DNA from: an uncultured Alphaproteobacteria bacterium
Lineage (GTDB): Bacteria > Pseudomonadota > Alphaproteobacteria > Rs-D84
Assembly: GCA_904502095.1 (NCBI GenBank)
Contig: CAJGDG010000001.1
Coordinates: forward strand, 2,242 to 66,241
DNA length: 64,000 nt
Reading direction: 5' to 3'
A model generated the notes under the pieces. The model saw only the letters and a list, made by a program, of their open reading frames with translations. It was not told where the DNA came from and searched no databases. Shown here in pieces: positions 18,900 through 28,920 of the stretch. Each line of letters opens with the position of its first letter. Positions within the stretch are counted from its first letter, which is position 1. The position numbers were made by a program, and so were the translations under genes.

Positions 18900-21026
18900 A
18901 TGAGTTTAAGATTTTTTGCAATGTTATTGGTTTTATTCCCAACAGTTGCGCTGTCCGCAACTCGTGGTGATAATGCGCGGGTTGGGGCGATGCGTGCGTC
19001 CGGGGCGCGTGGGGGCGTTGCTGCAAATGCTGCAGCGGCAAATGCTGCGGCTGCGGCAAAAACACAATCGGCCGCGGCGGCAAAAACGGCGGCACCTGCG
19101 ACAGAAGATTCTGTGGAGGTAGAGGCAACGGCCAAGGCGCCAGCGTCAAGTGGCGATTGTCGTGAAGCGTATCGTGCGTGTATGGATGAATTTTGCTTGT
19201 TGGATGAATCCGAGGGGTATCGTTGTGCGTGCTCTTCTAATATAAATGCGTCTAAGTCTTTGATTAAGGAAGTTCAACAAATTCAAGAAGAAGCGGACAA
19301 ATTGTATACAGAAGGTGTCGAACGCGAACAGTTGGGCGCCAAGGCTGCGATTATATTTGGTGAAAGTGATGCCGCCAAGAAAAGTTCGCGTGCTTCTGGC
19401 TTAAGTTTTGCAGAATGGTTAAACAGTGGTTCTGGCGATGGATCCTTGGATGCGGATGAAGATATTGGTGATGGCTTGTATTCTATGGCCGCGGAATATT
19501 GTCAGGCTGAACTGGATGCGTGTGGTGACAAAGCCGAAATGGAAGAAATGTTGTATAGTCGTCAGGTTATCGCAGACTGTAAGGCGTTTACTGTGTATTT
19601 GGATGATCAAAAAAGAAATGCACTGGCGAACAAGCGTATGGCCGAATCGGCTGTGCGTCAGGCGCGTTTGGAAATGTTTGATACGACCAATAAATACAAT
19701 GCGGGTGAATGCTTGATTGCGTTTCGTGCGTGTGTTGCGGACAAGGGTGGTTGTGGCACGAATTTTGAAAACTGTTTAGATAAGGATTTGTTGACGCGTC
19801 GTTCCAAGGCGTGCGAAAATGTGTTGGATCAATGTATGGCGGTAAGAAAGTTGGTGCAACAAGATTGGGAAGAAGAGTCCGAATCGATTTTGGCAGAGGC
19901 TGAAAAATATGCAGATAAATATCGTCGTCAAACTTGTTTGGCGCAAATTCAGGTTTGTTTGGAAGATGGGTGTTCGACATCAACTAATTCTGCGTGCTTG
20001 ACTGATGTCAGGGTGGCCGCGGGTGTTTGTCCTATTATTGATGAATGTAATGAAATGATACCGGGGATAAAGTCTGTTATTAATGACAAGTTGGGGTATC
20101 TGCGTTTGCAGTTCTGTCAAAATGATGTGGATGCGTGTTTGCGCGACAAATGTGGTCAGAATTTTACTGCGCCGGAATGTCTTGGGAAAAATACATCTGA
20201 AATTGTTGCGATGTGTCCGCAAGATATGTTCCCGTCATGCAAAAATGAAACACAATATGATGTTATTGTTAGTGCTGCATTGTTGCAGATGGATTATCAG
20301 ATGATGCAGGGCTGTATGAATCATTTCAGTGAACAGTTGGGCAAAACTTGCGGTACAGATATGGCGTGCCTGCCGACTAGTGCGATTGTATCTGCTTTGT
20401 CCGATTTGCCAGAAGATGAAGCAGGGATGATAGAGTTGCGTGCAAATGTTATTGCAGAATCAAAGACGGCGGTGGATGAATTCTTTAAGCAGTTCGAAAA
20501 GGATAAAACTGTTGCTGCGTGCGCGGATGCAGAAAAACCAAGTGGTCGCAGCAGTTTGGGCGCAAATATCTTTAATACAGCAAAGATAATTGCTGAAATT
20601 GGCGCTGAAAATCGTGCGATTCGTGCATTGGAAGAAAAAATTACAGAAATATCACGCAAAAAGGATGTAAAAGAAGCGGAAGAACTGTGTTTGTCGACTT
20701 ACAAGGTCGAATCGCCAAGTCAGTCAAAGAAAAATTATAGTTATATAAAGAGTGTTTCTTTTGAGCCAAGTTTGCGTAATTGTCATGTTTGTCGTGTACA
20801 ACAGGTTTGTGAAACAGGTGGAGAATCTAAGGCTTCTTCGGCATTAAAGGCTGCGTCTGGCGGTTTGTCTGCTGGGGCGGCGGCAGGTACCATGGTTACA
20901 CCAGGTTGGGGCACTGCAATTGGTGGGGTTGTTGGTGCTGTTGGAGCTGGTGTAATGGGATATATGTCTGGCGGGGAAAAAGAATTCTGTCAGGAAATAT
21001 CAAGCTGTGAAGATATAAATATGTAA
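18900..21026 (+). CDS. Large cysteine-rich secreted protein (P7). Start trimmed to Met 18900.
   Basis: RBS GGTGGAGA. Signal peptide MSLRFFAMLLVLFPTVALSA. Ala-rich linker (AANAAAANAAAAAKTQSAAAAKTAAP). Module SGDCREAYRACMDEFCLLDESEGYRCACSS. Motif KYNAGECLIAFRACVADKGGCGTNFENC shared with P2 and P8. C-terminal glycine zipper AAAGTMVTPGWGTAIGGVVGAVGAGVMGYMSGG. Terminal Cys motif. Confidence 0.8.
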   Translation: MSLRFFAMLLVLFPTVALSATRGDNARVGAMRASGARGGVAANAAAANAAAAAKTQSAAAAKTAAPATEDSVEVEATAKAPASSGDCREAYRACMDEFCLLDESEGYRCACSSNINASKSLIKEVQQIQEEADKLYTEGVEREQLGAKAAIIFGESDAAKKSSRASGLSFAEWLNSGSGDGSLDADEDIGDGLYSMAAEYCQAELDACGDKAEMEEMLYSRQVIADCKAFTVYLDDQKRNALANKRMAESAVRQARLEMFDTTNKYNAGECLIAFRACVADKGGCGTNFENCLDKDLLTRRSKACENVLDQCMAVRKLVQQDWEEESESILAEAEKYADKYRRQTCLAQIQVCLEDGCSTSTNSACLTDVRVAAGVCPIIDECNEMIPGIKSVINDKLGYLRLQFCQNDVDACLRDKCGQNFTAPECLGKNTSEIVAMCPQDMFPSCKNETQYDVIVSAALLQMDYQMMQGCMNHFSEQLGKTCGTDMACLPTSAIVSALSDLPEDEAGMIELRANVIAESKTAVDEFFKQFEKDKTVAACADAEKPSGRSSLGANIFNTAKIIAEIGAENRAIRALEEKITEISRKKDVKEAEELCLSTYKVESPSQSKKNYSYIKSVSFEPSLRNCHVCRVQQVCETGGESKASSALKAASGGLSAGAAAGTMVTPGWGTAIGGVVGAVGAGVMGYMSGGEKEFCQEISSCEDINM

Positions 21027-21048
21027 TTTATAAAAATGGGACGGAGAG

Positions 21049-23529
21049 ATGGTCTTTAAAAAATTATCTTTGTTGTGTGCTTTTGTAATTGCAATCTCGG
21101 GATTGCACAGTGATGCGTTAGCGGCTGTTTCGAAAAAGAAGGAATCGAAACAGTCTGCAATTCAAACCGGGACCAAGGTTCGTACCAAGGTTGAAGTGTC
21201 TGGTTTGTACGACCAGGAATGTTATGATGCGTATTATGGATGTATGGACCAGTTTTGTATTGCCGATAATGAAAATGGTGGCAGTTGCGCATGCAGTGAT
21301 TTAAATGCAAAATATGAAAAAGATTTAGAAGATATAAAAAATATATTGGAAGAAGCGGAACGTATCAGAACGGTTGAAGTAGAAAAAGTTCAGGCTGGGG
21401 CGAATGTAGATATCATTTTTGGTGCCGGCGAGCGTCAATATGATGAAGATGGCAATATTGTAGATTTAGAAGATCGTGAGGATAAAAAATCTGAAATGTT
21501 GGCTTTGTGGAATTCGTCTTTTGATGAAGAAGATGAAGAAGAGGTGGACATATCGGAATTATCGGGAAATGAATTGTATGTTGCTGCAAATGATTTGTGT
21601 CGCGAACAAATTCCAGATAAGTGCGAAACAGATTTTAATTTCTTGGTTCAGGTTTACAAACGTCAAATTGTATCCGATTGCAAAGGTTTTGAAAACAGTA
21701 TTACCAAAAAACGTGGCGAAGCAGAAGCAGCATTGGCAAGTGCAGAAGCTGAGGTTCGTGGCGCATTAAAAGAATCTTTGAACGAAGCAAACAAGTATGA
21801 TTTGGGTACTTGTATGGTTGAATTTAAAAAATGTATGAAAACTGAAGACGCCTGTGGTTCTGATTGGTCGGGTTGCGTTTCGACAATTGCTGATGCTAAT
21901 ATGCAGGGAATTGACGAATCTGCGGTATTTAAAGATGAAAATATGAAAAAGTCTGCGCAAAAGGCGTATGATGGCAGCACATACGGTATTGCTGCGTCGA
22001 CAATGGAAGGATTGGATTCCAAGCGTATAATTTGTGAACGTGTTTTGAATTCTTGTGTTGCGGTTCGTGACCAAGTTTGGCCGGCGTTTTTGCGTGAAGC
22101 GGCGCCGTCAATCAAAGTCGCAGAAACTCTGATTGAATCAAAGATGCGCCAATCTTGTTTGACTGATATTTCAGATTGTATCCAAAAAGCCTGTCGTGAC
22201 GATATTGCGGGTAAGGGCGAGGATACGATGGATGCGTGTTTGGCACGTCCAGAAATGGCACGCAGTTTCTGTAAGATTGAAATTGAAAGATGTGAAAAAA
22301 TGGAACCGCAAATCTGGGCGTATGTGACAGATAAATTAAAGGCAATGCGTGTCGATGTTTGTACCCAGGAAGTAAAAGATTGCTTTACAGCAGATACACG
22401 TTGTGGCGCAAATTTCCAAAACTGTATCGGTATGGATTATGACTATATCCACGATATGTGCCCAATTGATTCATTGGTTGTTTGTAAACAAGGTAATCCA
22501 GGGTTTTCAATGGATGATTTGGATTCTATGTTGATGGGGTTGTATTTGAATATTGATAATTCTGCACTGGATCAATGTCAGGCAACGGTGGACGATTTTA
22601 TGACAGAAATGTGCGGCAGTACATCAGATTGTAATCGTTTTGCAGCTGATGATATTTTAGGAACTGGCAGTATTCGTTCCCAGAAAAATGGACAAAAATA
22701 TATTGTGACCGGTATGATTTCGTTCGGTTCAATCGAAATTGGTAAGGCTGGAACAGATCAGGCGGGTCGGATTAATGTACAGGGGTATATCAAATCATTA
22801 TATGAAAAATATGGTTTGGCACCAGGTTCGACATCTGATAATGCAAATATTATTTTAACGATTGAAGAAGAGTTGAATAATATTGCAGGTACAATTAATC
22901 GGGCAATTGATATGCTGGAATCAAATGAAAAAGTTAAATGGTGTGTCAAAGGTCGCGATTTGACAAATATTACGGGTGATGACGAAATGACCGAAGCGCG
23001 TTTCCCACGTATGTTGGATCAATATAAAGTTCAAATTGCTGTTTCGGCTTTAAGTAAAGCGCAACAGAACTATAATAAAAAGTTGACTGCTGAAATCAGT
23101 AAAGCAACCAAGGATGCGTCTGCTGATATCGCAGAATATATGTGTCATAAAATAGGGGCGACTGGGAATGTGTCGACATCTAATTCGGGTACTTTTGCGA
23201 CAGATACAGAACTGGCAGAACCGTTGGCGATTAAATATGAGGTTGCAGCAGGCCTAAAAACGAGCGAGCTGACACAAAATGGTACCAGCTCAGAAAACTA
23301 TGGCGGTCAAGAATTTAAAAACAAGAAGGGTGAAGTTGTTGCAAAGGCCGGCGGTTCCAGACGCGATGTGTCCGCGATCTTCTCGCGCGAGACAAGAATG
23401 TGTCATGTATGCACAACAATACATATTGAAACATGTAATGTAGAAAAGAAAGGCTTGAACGCAAGAAAGGTTAATACAGAATGTACCCCGACAGTTCAAG
23501 GGCCGACATGCGAAGACATACCAATGTAA
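21049..23529 (+). CDS. Large cysteine-rich secreted protein (P8, 826 aa)
   Basis: RBS GGAGAG. Signal peptide MVFKKLSLLCAFVIAISGLHSDALA. Module DQECYDAYYGCMDQFCIADNENGGSCACSD. Long collinear similarity to P2 (KYDLGTCMVEFKKCMKTEDACGSDWSGCV versus KYDLGQCTIKFRECMQTTAECGADFTGCV; EARFP..NYNKK). Acidic stretch SFDEEDEEEVD. Terminal Cys module. Confidence 0.85.
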   Translation: MVFKKLSLLCAFVIAISGLHSDALAAVSKKKESKQSAIQTGTKVRTKVEVSGLYDQECYDAYYGCMDQFCIADNENGGSCACSDLNAKYEKDLEDIKNILEEAERIRTVEVEKVQAGANVDIIFGAGERQYDEDGNIVDLEDREDKKSEMLALWNSSFDEEDEEEVDISELSGNELYVAANDLCREQIPDKCETDFNFLVQVYKRQIVSDCKGFENSITKKRGEAEAALASAEAEVRGALKESLNEANKYDLGTCMVEFKKCMKTEDACGSDWSGCVSTIADANMQGIDESAVFKDENMKKSAQKAYDGSTYGIAASTMEGLDSKRIICERVLNSCVAVRDQVWPAFLREAAPSIKVAETLIESKMRQSCLTDISDCIQKACRDDIAGKGEDTMDACLARPEMARSFCKIEIERCEKMEPQIWAYVTDKLKAMRVDVCTQEVKDCFTADTRCGANFQNCIGMDYDYIHDMCPIDSLVVCKQGNPGFSMDDLDSMLMGLYLNIDNSALDQCQATVDDFMTEMCGSTSDCNRFAADDILGTGSIRSQKNGQKYIVTGMISFGSIEIGKAGTDQAGRINVQGYIKSLYEKYGLAPGSTSDNANIILTIEEELNNIAGTINRAIDMLESNEKVKWCVKGRDLTNITGDDEMTEARFPRMLDQYKVQIAVSALSKAQQNYNKKLTAEISKATKDASADIAEYMCHKIGATGNVSTSNSGTFATDTELAEPLAIKYEVAAGLKTSELTQNGTSSENYGGQEFKNKKGEVVAKAGGSRRDVSAIFSRETRMCHVCTTIHIETCNVEKKGLNARKVNTECTPTVQGPTCEDIPM

Positions 23530-23532
23530 AAA

Positions 23533-23592
23533 AATGGGGCGATAGGCCCCGTTTTTATTTGCAAAATAAAACGCCTGTGTCAGCGTTTTTCA
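23533..23592. terminator. Two back-to-back intrinsic terminators: for P8 on the plus strand and for ccrM on the minus strand
   Basis: tggggcgataggcccc followed by ttttt on the plus strand. aacgcctgtgtcagcgtt, read on the minus strand, is followed by a T-run. Confidence 0.55.
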
Positions 23593-23612
23593 GGTAGAAA
23601 ATATATATTTTA

Positions 23613-24773
23613 TTAAGCGGCTTGTTTGATTCCTGATTTTATTTTTCTGATATATTTACGCAGTTCATCAATCGCAACCAGTGATCCGTCGCGTTTTTGT
23701 GCAGACCAATAATCCCAACCGTTAAAGCTGACGCTGCGTTGTATTTTTGCAGCCATTACATGGATTGATGCCTTGCCATATAATTGATGGGTCAGGTTGC
23801 CGTCTTGGGTTATCATAACGCGTTCGCCGCGTGGGCTGACCAATGTTTGACCAACATACAGCAGACCGGCTTCGATTAATTCTTTGAATGCAACGCGTAT
23901 TTCATCGCGTTTTGGTTTTGTCACTTCGATATCTGTTAAATCAATTGGTTTAACATTTGCAATCCTTTCGCGTGCAGCTGCGACGTAAGTTTCGTCGCGT
24001 TCAAAGCCAATAAATTGACGCCCCAGTTCAATTGCGGCCGCGGCTGTTGTGCCAGAGCCCATGAATGGGTCTAAAATAATATCGCCTGGTTTTGTTGATG
24101 CCAATATCACACGATGCAATAAATCCAATGGTTTTTGTGTGTTGTGCAGGCTTTTGCCGTCGCTGTCTTTGACGCGTTCTTCGCCCAGACAAATATTCAA
24201 CCCCCAATCCGAGCGCATTTGTTTTCCGCCATTTAATTTTTTCATTGTTTCATAATTAAATGTGTATTTGCCTGTTTTAGTTGGCGTTGCCCAAATAAGT
24301 GTTTCGTGTGCGTTTGTAAAGCGTGTGCCGCGAAAGTTTGGCATAGGATTTGTTTTTACCCATACAATATCATTTAAAATCCAAAAGCCCATATCTTGTA
24401 AAATCGCACCAACGCGGAAAATGTTATGATAGCTGCCGATTGTCCACATTGCGCCATTTGGTTTTAAAATGCGTTTGCATTCAGCCAACCATTGTTTTGT
24501 AAATTCATCGTATTCAGCAGATGATTCAAACGAATCCCATGAATCGCGTACTGCACGTGCAGCAGTTTGATCTTCGGGGCGGTACAATGTTTTTGCCCCC
24601 AGTTGTAAATTATACGGCGGGTCTGCAAAAACAGCGTCGATGGATGCGTCTGGAATTTGGCGCATCATTTCGATACAGTCTCCTTGTAAAATTTGATTCA
24701 GGTATTTTTTCATCTCTCTCTGCGTTCCCGTTGTATACATTTTATCATATTTTGGAGTGTAATTTTTTTGCAT
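23613..24773 (-). CDS. ccrM: N6-adenine DNA methyltransferase, CcrM-like (beta-class, DPPY). Likely true start near 24713 (MKKYLNQILQGDCIE).
   Basis: ILQGDCIEMMRQIPDASIDAVFADPPYNLQLGA... is the canonical CcrM N-terminus. A ~90-aa C-terminal extension is present, as in CcrM. Confidence 0.85.
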   Translation of the reverse strand: MQKNYTPKYDKMYTTGTQREMKKYLNQILQGDCIEMMRQIPDASIDAVFADPPYNLQLGAKTLYRPEDQTAARAVRDSWDSFESSAEYDEFTKQWLAECKRILKPNGAMWTIGSYHNIFRVGAILQDMGFWILNDIVWVKTNPMPNFRGTRFTNAHETLIWATPTKTGKYTFNYETMKKLNGGKQMRSDWGLNICLGEERVKDSDGKSLHNTQKPLDLLHRVILASTKPGDIILDPFMGSGTTAAAAIELGRQFIGFERDETYVAAARERIANVKPIDLTDIEVTKPKRDEIRVAFKELIEAGLLYVGQTLVSPRGERVMITQDGNLTHQLYGKASIHVMAAKIQRSVSFNGWDYWSAQKRDGSLVAIDELRKYIRKIKSGIKQAA

Positions 24774-24882
24774 AACTGAAAAGTTTTTTAAAAAAGCACT
24801 TGATTTTTATAAAAAGTGTAATTTTTTATCACATAAAATATACTTGCCAATGTTGGATAAGATTGCTAACCTTAATATCACT

Positions 24883-25383
24883 ATGAGATGTCCTTATTGT
24901 AATTCAACTGACAGTCGTGTGACGGATTCGCGCCCTGATATCGAAGACGCGATTATTCGTCGTCGTCGTGTTTGCGAACAATGTGGCGCAAAATTTACAA
25001 CTGTTGAACGTGTTCAAATGCGCGATTTAATGGTGCGTAAAAATAGTGGAAAGTTAGAGGCGTTTGATCGTGAAAAACTGCGTCGCAGTATCAAATTGGC
25101 GTGCCGTAATCGTGAAGTTGGTGATGAACAAATTGAACGATTAGTGACATCTATTCACAGACGCTTGGAAACAGAAACTGCAGATGATACGGTCAGCAGC
25201 GCGTTAGTTGGACAGATGGTTTCAGATTCTTTGCTGAATTTGGATCCGATTGCGTTTGTGCGTTTCGTTTCTGTTTATCGCAAGTTTTCGCGCGTGTCGG
25301 ATTTTAAAAAGATTATTGATAAAATACCAGAAGATGAAGAAAATGCAGTTGTATGCAAATTGCCAAAAAATTCGCTGTTCTGA
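24883..25383 (+). CDS. nrdR: Transcriptional repressor NrdR
   Basis: MRCPYCNSTDSRVTDSRP...RRRRVCEQCGAKFTTVER is the NrdR zinc ribbon followed by an ATP-cone. Trimmed from the ORF start at 24844. Confidence 0.9.
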   Translation: MRCPYCNSTDSRVTDSRPDIEDAIIRRRRVCEQCGAKFTTVERVQMRDLMVRKNSGKLEAFDREKLRRSIKLACRNREVGDEQIERLVTSIHRRLETETADDTVSSALVGQMVSDSLLNLDPIAFVRFVSVYRKFSRVSDFKKIIDKIPEDEENAVVCKLPKNSLF

Positions 25384-25392
25384 TAAATCAAA

Positions 25393-27117
25393 ATGAAAAA
25401 AATTTTTGCATTTTTATTTTCTGTTTTGCTGCCAGTTTCTGCGTTGGCGGTGGATATGCCACAGGTTTTATCTGATATTGACGCCAGTTTATATCGTCAG
25501 ATATTTAAATTACAGGACAAAGAACGTATCGATACTGCGATAAATGCACAAAATCAAATCGCAGATAGATTATTGATGAATGAGGTTTTGTATCAGCGCT
25601 ATATTTCTGATACTTATCATACACGGGGCAGGGAAATTGCGGATTGGATGGAAAAATATTACGATATGCCCGGCGCCCAGCGTATGGAAAAGTTGGCGAA
25701 AATAAAAAAGGCAACAGTGCGTCGCGCCAAAGTGCCAAATATGATAAGTGGTTCTGAATCAATTGAAACCGCAAAATCTGAAACTTGGACTCAGAAAAAA
25801 TATAGCGGCAAAATAAATAAAAATATTGATGCGTTTAAGCGTGCGATTCGCAGCGGTTCAACCAAGGTTGCTCGACAAATATTAGAAGATAAAAATTTTA
25901 AAAAAGGAATTACAGAATCGGATTATGGCCGTTTGGCGGGGCGTTTGGCTTATTTATATTATACAAATGGCGAAATGGAATTGGCAAAAAAGTGGGGGTT
26001 TGTTGCGTCTGATGCAAATTCTGAATATGGTTTGTGGGCGATGGGATTGTTGTATTTCAAAGAAGAAAATTATATAGAGTCACAGAAATATTTCAGCCGA
26101 ATCCTGGATTTGCCACAAATTAATAACGCGCGTAAGACAGAGGCGGCTTTTTGGGCAGGACGCGCCGCTGATTTCAAAGGCGATATTGAAAATGCAAAGC
26201 GGTATTGGCGAATTGCTGCGACATATCCTATGGCTTTTTATGGTGCGTTGTCCGCAACAATGTTGGGTCAGCAGCCTAAATACGAATTTTTTGAAAATAA
26301 TGTGACTGCAGAAGATATTGTAGAGTTGGTTAATACAAAATATGGAAAAATGGCGTTGGCTTTGTTGCAGGTTGGACGAAAAGACAGGGCCGAAGAATAC
26401 TTAAAATATTTGATTACACCCAAGGTTTCAGACAGGGTTTTGCATGCGGTAAATTCTGTGGCGTCGGCGTATAATTTGCCACGCGTTTCAATTCAATCGG
26501 CCAGTGTTATAAAAGATAGAGGAATTTTGGAAATTGATGATGATATTATATATTCTGCGCAATATCCTTTGCCTGATTGGGAACCGTTGGGTGGTTGGTC
26601 TATTGACAGGGCGTTATTGTTAGCAATTACAAAGCAAGAAAGTAATTTTAGGGTTTCGGCTAAATCGGGGGTCGGCGCAAATGGATTAATGCAAATTATG
26701 CCAAGTACAGCGAAACGCGTCGCGCGTGCAAACAAGGTTGATTTTTCGCAGATTGACATGTCGAATCCAGAACACAATATGTTTCTGGGCCAGCAATATA
26801 TTGTTGATTTGTTGCAACATCAAAATGTTGAAAATAACATAATAAAAATGTTGGCGGCATATAATGCAGGAATGGGAACGATGGTAAAGTTTGAAAAATC
26901 TTTCTATACATATGATCCATTGTTGTATATTGAAAGTTTCCCCGCTTATGAAACGCGCAGTTATATAAAACGCGTTATGTCGAATTTGTGGCTGTATCGC
27001 GCGCGATTGGGGCAGCCTTTGAATTCTATGCAGGAATTGGCACATGGAAATTGGCCATTATATAACAGCGAAGATGCCTATGTTCAGCAACAGATGGCGG
27101 ACCGTATGATGATTTAA
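25393..27117 (+). CDS. slt: Soluble lytic murein transglycosylase (SLT domain protein)
   Basis: Signal peptide. Superhelical N-terminal region. SLT catalytic motif LLLAITKQESNFRVSAKSGVGANGLMQIMPSTA. Confidence 0.8.
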   Translation: MKKIFAFLFSVLLPVSALAVDMPQVLSDIDASLYRQIFKLQDKERIDTAINAQNQIADRLLMNEVLYQRYISDTYHTRGREIADWMEKYYDMPGAQRMEKLAKIKKATVRRAKVPNMISGSESIETAKSETWTQKKYSGKINKNIDAFKRAIRSGSTKVARQILEDKNFKKGITESDYGRLAGRLAYLYYTNGEMELAKKWGFVASDANSEYGLWAMGLLYFKEENYIESQKYFSRILDLPQINNARKTEAAFWAGRAADFKGDIENAKRYWRIAATYPMAFYGALSATMLGQQPKYEFFENNVTAEDIVELVNTKYGKMALALLQVGRKDRAEEYLKYLITPKVSDRVLHAVNSVASAYNLPRVSIQSASVIKDRGILEIDDDIIYSAQYPLPDWEPLGGWSIDRALLLAITKQESNFRVSAKSGVGANGLMQIMPSTAKRVARANKVDFSQIDMSNPEHNMFLGQQYIVDLLQHQNVENNIIKMLAAYNAGMGTMVKFEKSFYTYDPLLYIESFPAYETRSYIKRVMSNLWLYRARLGQPLNSMQELAHGNWPLYNSEDAYVQQQMADRMMI

Positions 27118-27118
27118 A

Positions 27119-27745
27119 ATGCAAAAATGTGTGCCTGATTTTAGTTTGGAAAATTTAACCGGTTTCAATTTGGTGGCTGGTGTTGATGAAGCAGGGCGGG
27201 GACCATTGTGTGGACCTGTGGTTGCGGCTGCGGTAATTTTTCCGCAACGCGATGTTGAAATTCCAATTGTTATTCGTGATTCTAAACAGATGACACCGCG
27301 TATGCGTGCAGTTGCATACGATTGGATTGTAAATAATACGATTTGGGCTGTTGCGCAGGCGTCGGTTTCAGAAATTGATGAATTAAATATTTTGTGGGCG
27401 TCTATGTTGGCGATGACACGTGCGGTAAATTCACTAAGTGTTACGCCACAGCATTGTTTAATTGATGGTAATCGGGTGCCGGCGGATTTAAGCGGTACAC
27501 CTGTGGTGCGTGGGGATGCGCGTTCGTTGTCGATTGCGGCGGCGTCCATTGTCGCCAAGGAAACACGTGACAGAATAATGACTGATTTAGCGTTGCAATT
27601 CCCGCAATATGGGTGGGATAAAAATGCGGGTTATCCAACAAAATCTCATTTGCAGGCGATTGAAATATATGGTATAAATCAACATCATAGAAAAAGCTTT
27701 GGACCAATCAAGGAAAGGATAAAAAATGAAGTTGCGCAGAATTGA
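27119..27745 (+). CDS. rnhB: Ribonuclease HII
   Basis: GVDEAGRGPLCGPVVAAAVIF is the RNase HII active-site motif. 208 aa. Confidence 0.9.
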   Translation: MQKCVPDFSLENLTGFNLVAGVDEAGRGPLCGPVVAAAVIFPQRDVEIPIVIRDSKQMTPRMRAVAYDWIVNNTIWAVAQASVSEIDELNILWASMLAMTRAVNSLSVTPQHCLIDGNRVPADLSGTPVVRGDARSLSIAAASIVAKETRDRIMTDLALQFPQYGWDKNAGYPTKSHLQAIEIYGINQHHRKSFGPIKERIKNEVAQN

Positions 27746-28895
27746 AAATTTAGATGTTCGTGGAAAATATGTCTTGTTGCGTGATGATTTTAATGTACAA
27801 ATTGTTGATGGACAAATAACGGATTCTTTTCGTATTGATCAAAGTATGCCTACAATTAATGCGCTGCGTGCGGCAGGTGCACGAATTGCAATTGTTGCAC
27901 ATCGTGGTCGTCCAAAGGGCGCGCGCAATATGGAATATACTTTACAGCCAATTGCAGACTTTATGAAAATAAAGTTAATCCCAGATTGTTTGGATAAAGA
28001 CTTTTTAAAAGATATGCATGATGGTGATGTTGTTTTACTGGAAAATGTGCGTTTTTATGAAGGCGAAGAAAAAAATGATCCTGCGTTTTCTGCTGAATTG
28101 GCGCGTGGATTCGATTTGTTTGTAAATGATGCTTTTGCTGTTTCGCATCGTGCGCACGCCAGTACAGTTGGCGTAGCAGAAATTTTGCCAAGTTATGCAG
28201 GCAGTTTGTTGGCAAACGAAATAGAACATTTATCCAATGTTATGGAAAACCCAAAGCGTCCATTGTTGTCAATTGTTGCAGGCAGCAAGGTGTCTACAAA
28301 AATAGGCGTATTAAAAGCGTTGGCAAAATTGTCTGATACGCTGATTATCGGTGGTGCGTTGGGTACTACATTTAATTATGCAACAGGGGCGCGTGTTGGG
28401 AATTCTTTGTATGAAGCAGACCAGAAAGATATTGCGCTGGAAATTTTAGATTATGCGCGTCAGCATGATTGTAATGTTTTGTTGCCGTTGGATAAAGGCG
28501 TTGCCAAAGAATTTGCACGTGATGCAGTGCGTGTTAACAAAGGGTTTTCAGAAATCGAAGACGATGATGTAATTATTGATGCGGGCGTTCAGACGACTGC
28601 GCGTGATATAGATGCAATAAAGCAGGCAAAAACTGTTATTTGGAACGGTACGGTCGGTATGGCAGAATGGCAGCCAACTTGGTCGTATGGGTCGTTTGCG
28701 CTGGCAAATGAAATTGCAGCCCAGACGCGTGCAGGAAAGTTAGAAAGTATTGTTGGTGGCGGTGATACGGTTGCTGCATTAGAAGCGTGTGGTGTCAAAG
28801 ATGATATTACATATGTTTCAACCGGTGGTGGGGCATTTCTGGAATTTATCGAGGGACGCACTTTGCCGGGTGTTGCAATTCTGGAAGACAAGTAA
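27726..28895 (+). CDS. pgk: Phosphoglycerate kinase
   Basis: N-terminal ..VLLRDDFNV...SMPTINAL..AGARIAIVAHRGRPKG and the 389-aa length are typical of PGK. Confidence 0.9.
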   Translation: MKLRRIENLDVRGKYVLLRDDFNVQIVDGQITDSFRIDQSMPTINALRAAGARIAIVAHRGRPKGARNMEYTLQPIADFMKIKLIPDCLDKDFLKDMHDGDVVLLENVRFYEGEEKNDPAFSAELARGFDLFVNDAFAVSHRAHASTVGVAEILPSYAGSLLANEIEHLSNVMENPKRPLLSIVAGSKVSTKIGVLKALAKLSDTLIIGGALGTTFNYATGARVGNSLYEADQKDIALEILDYARQHDCNVLLPLDKGVAKEFARDAVRVNKGFSEIEDDDVIIDAGVQTTARDIDAIKQAKTVIWNGTVGMAEWQPTWSYGSFALANEIAAQTRAGKLESIVGGGDTVAALEACGVKDDITYVSTGGGAFLEFIEGRTLPGVAILEDK

Positions 28896-28920
28896 AAAAT
28901 CCCCAGTTGGGGATTTTGTT
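28895..28920. terminator. Bidirectional intrinsic terminator (aaaatcccc..ggggatttt family)
   Basis: aaaaatccccagttggggattttgtt lies between convergent pgk and the 28919 gene. Confidence 0.65.

Noticed and set aside
18832-19149. Minus-strand ORFs in the P7 linker region
   Set aside because: They are antisense to the Ala-rich low-complexity linker of P7. Compositional artefact.
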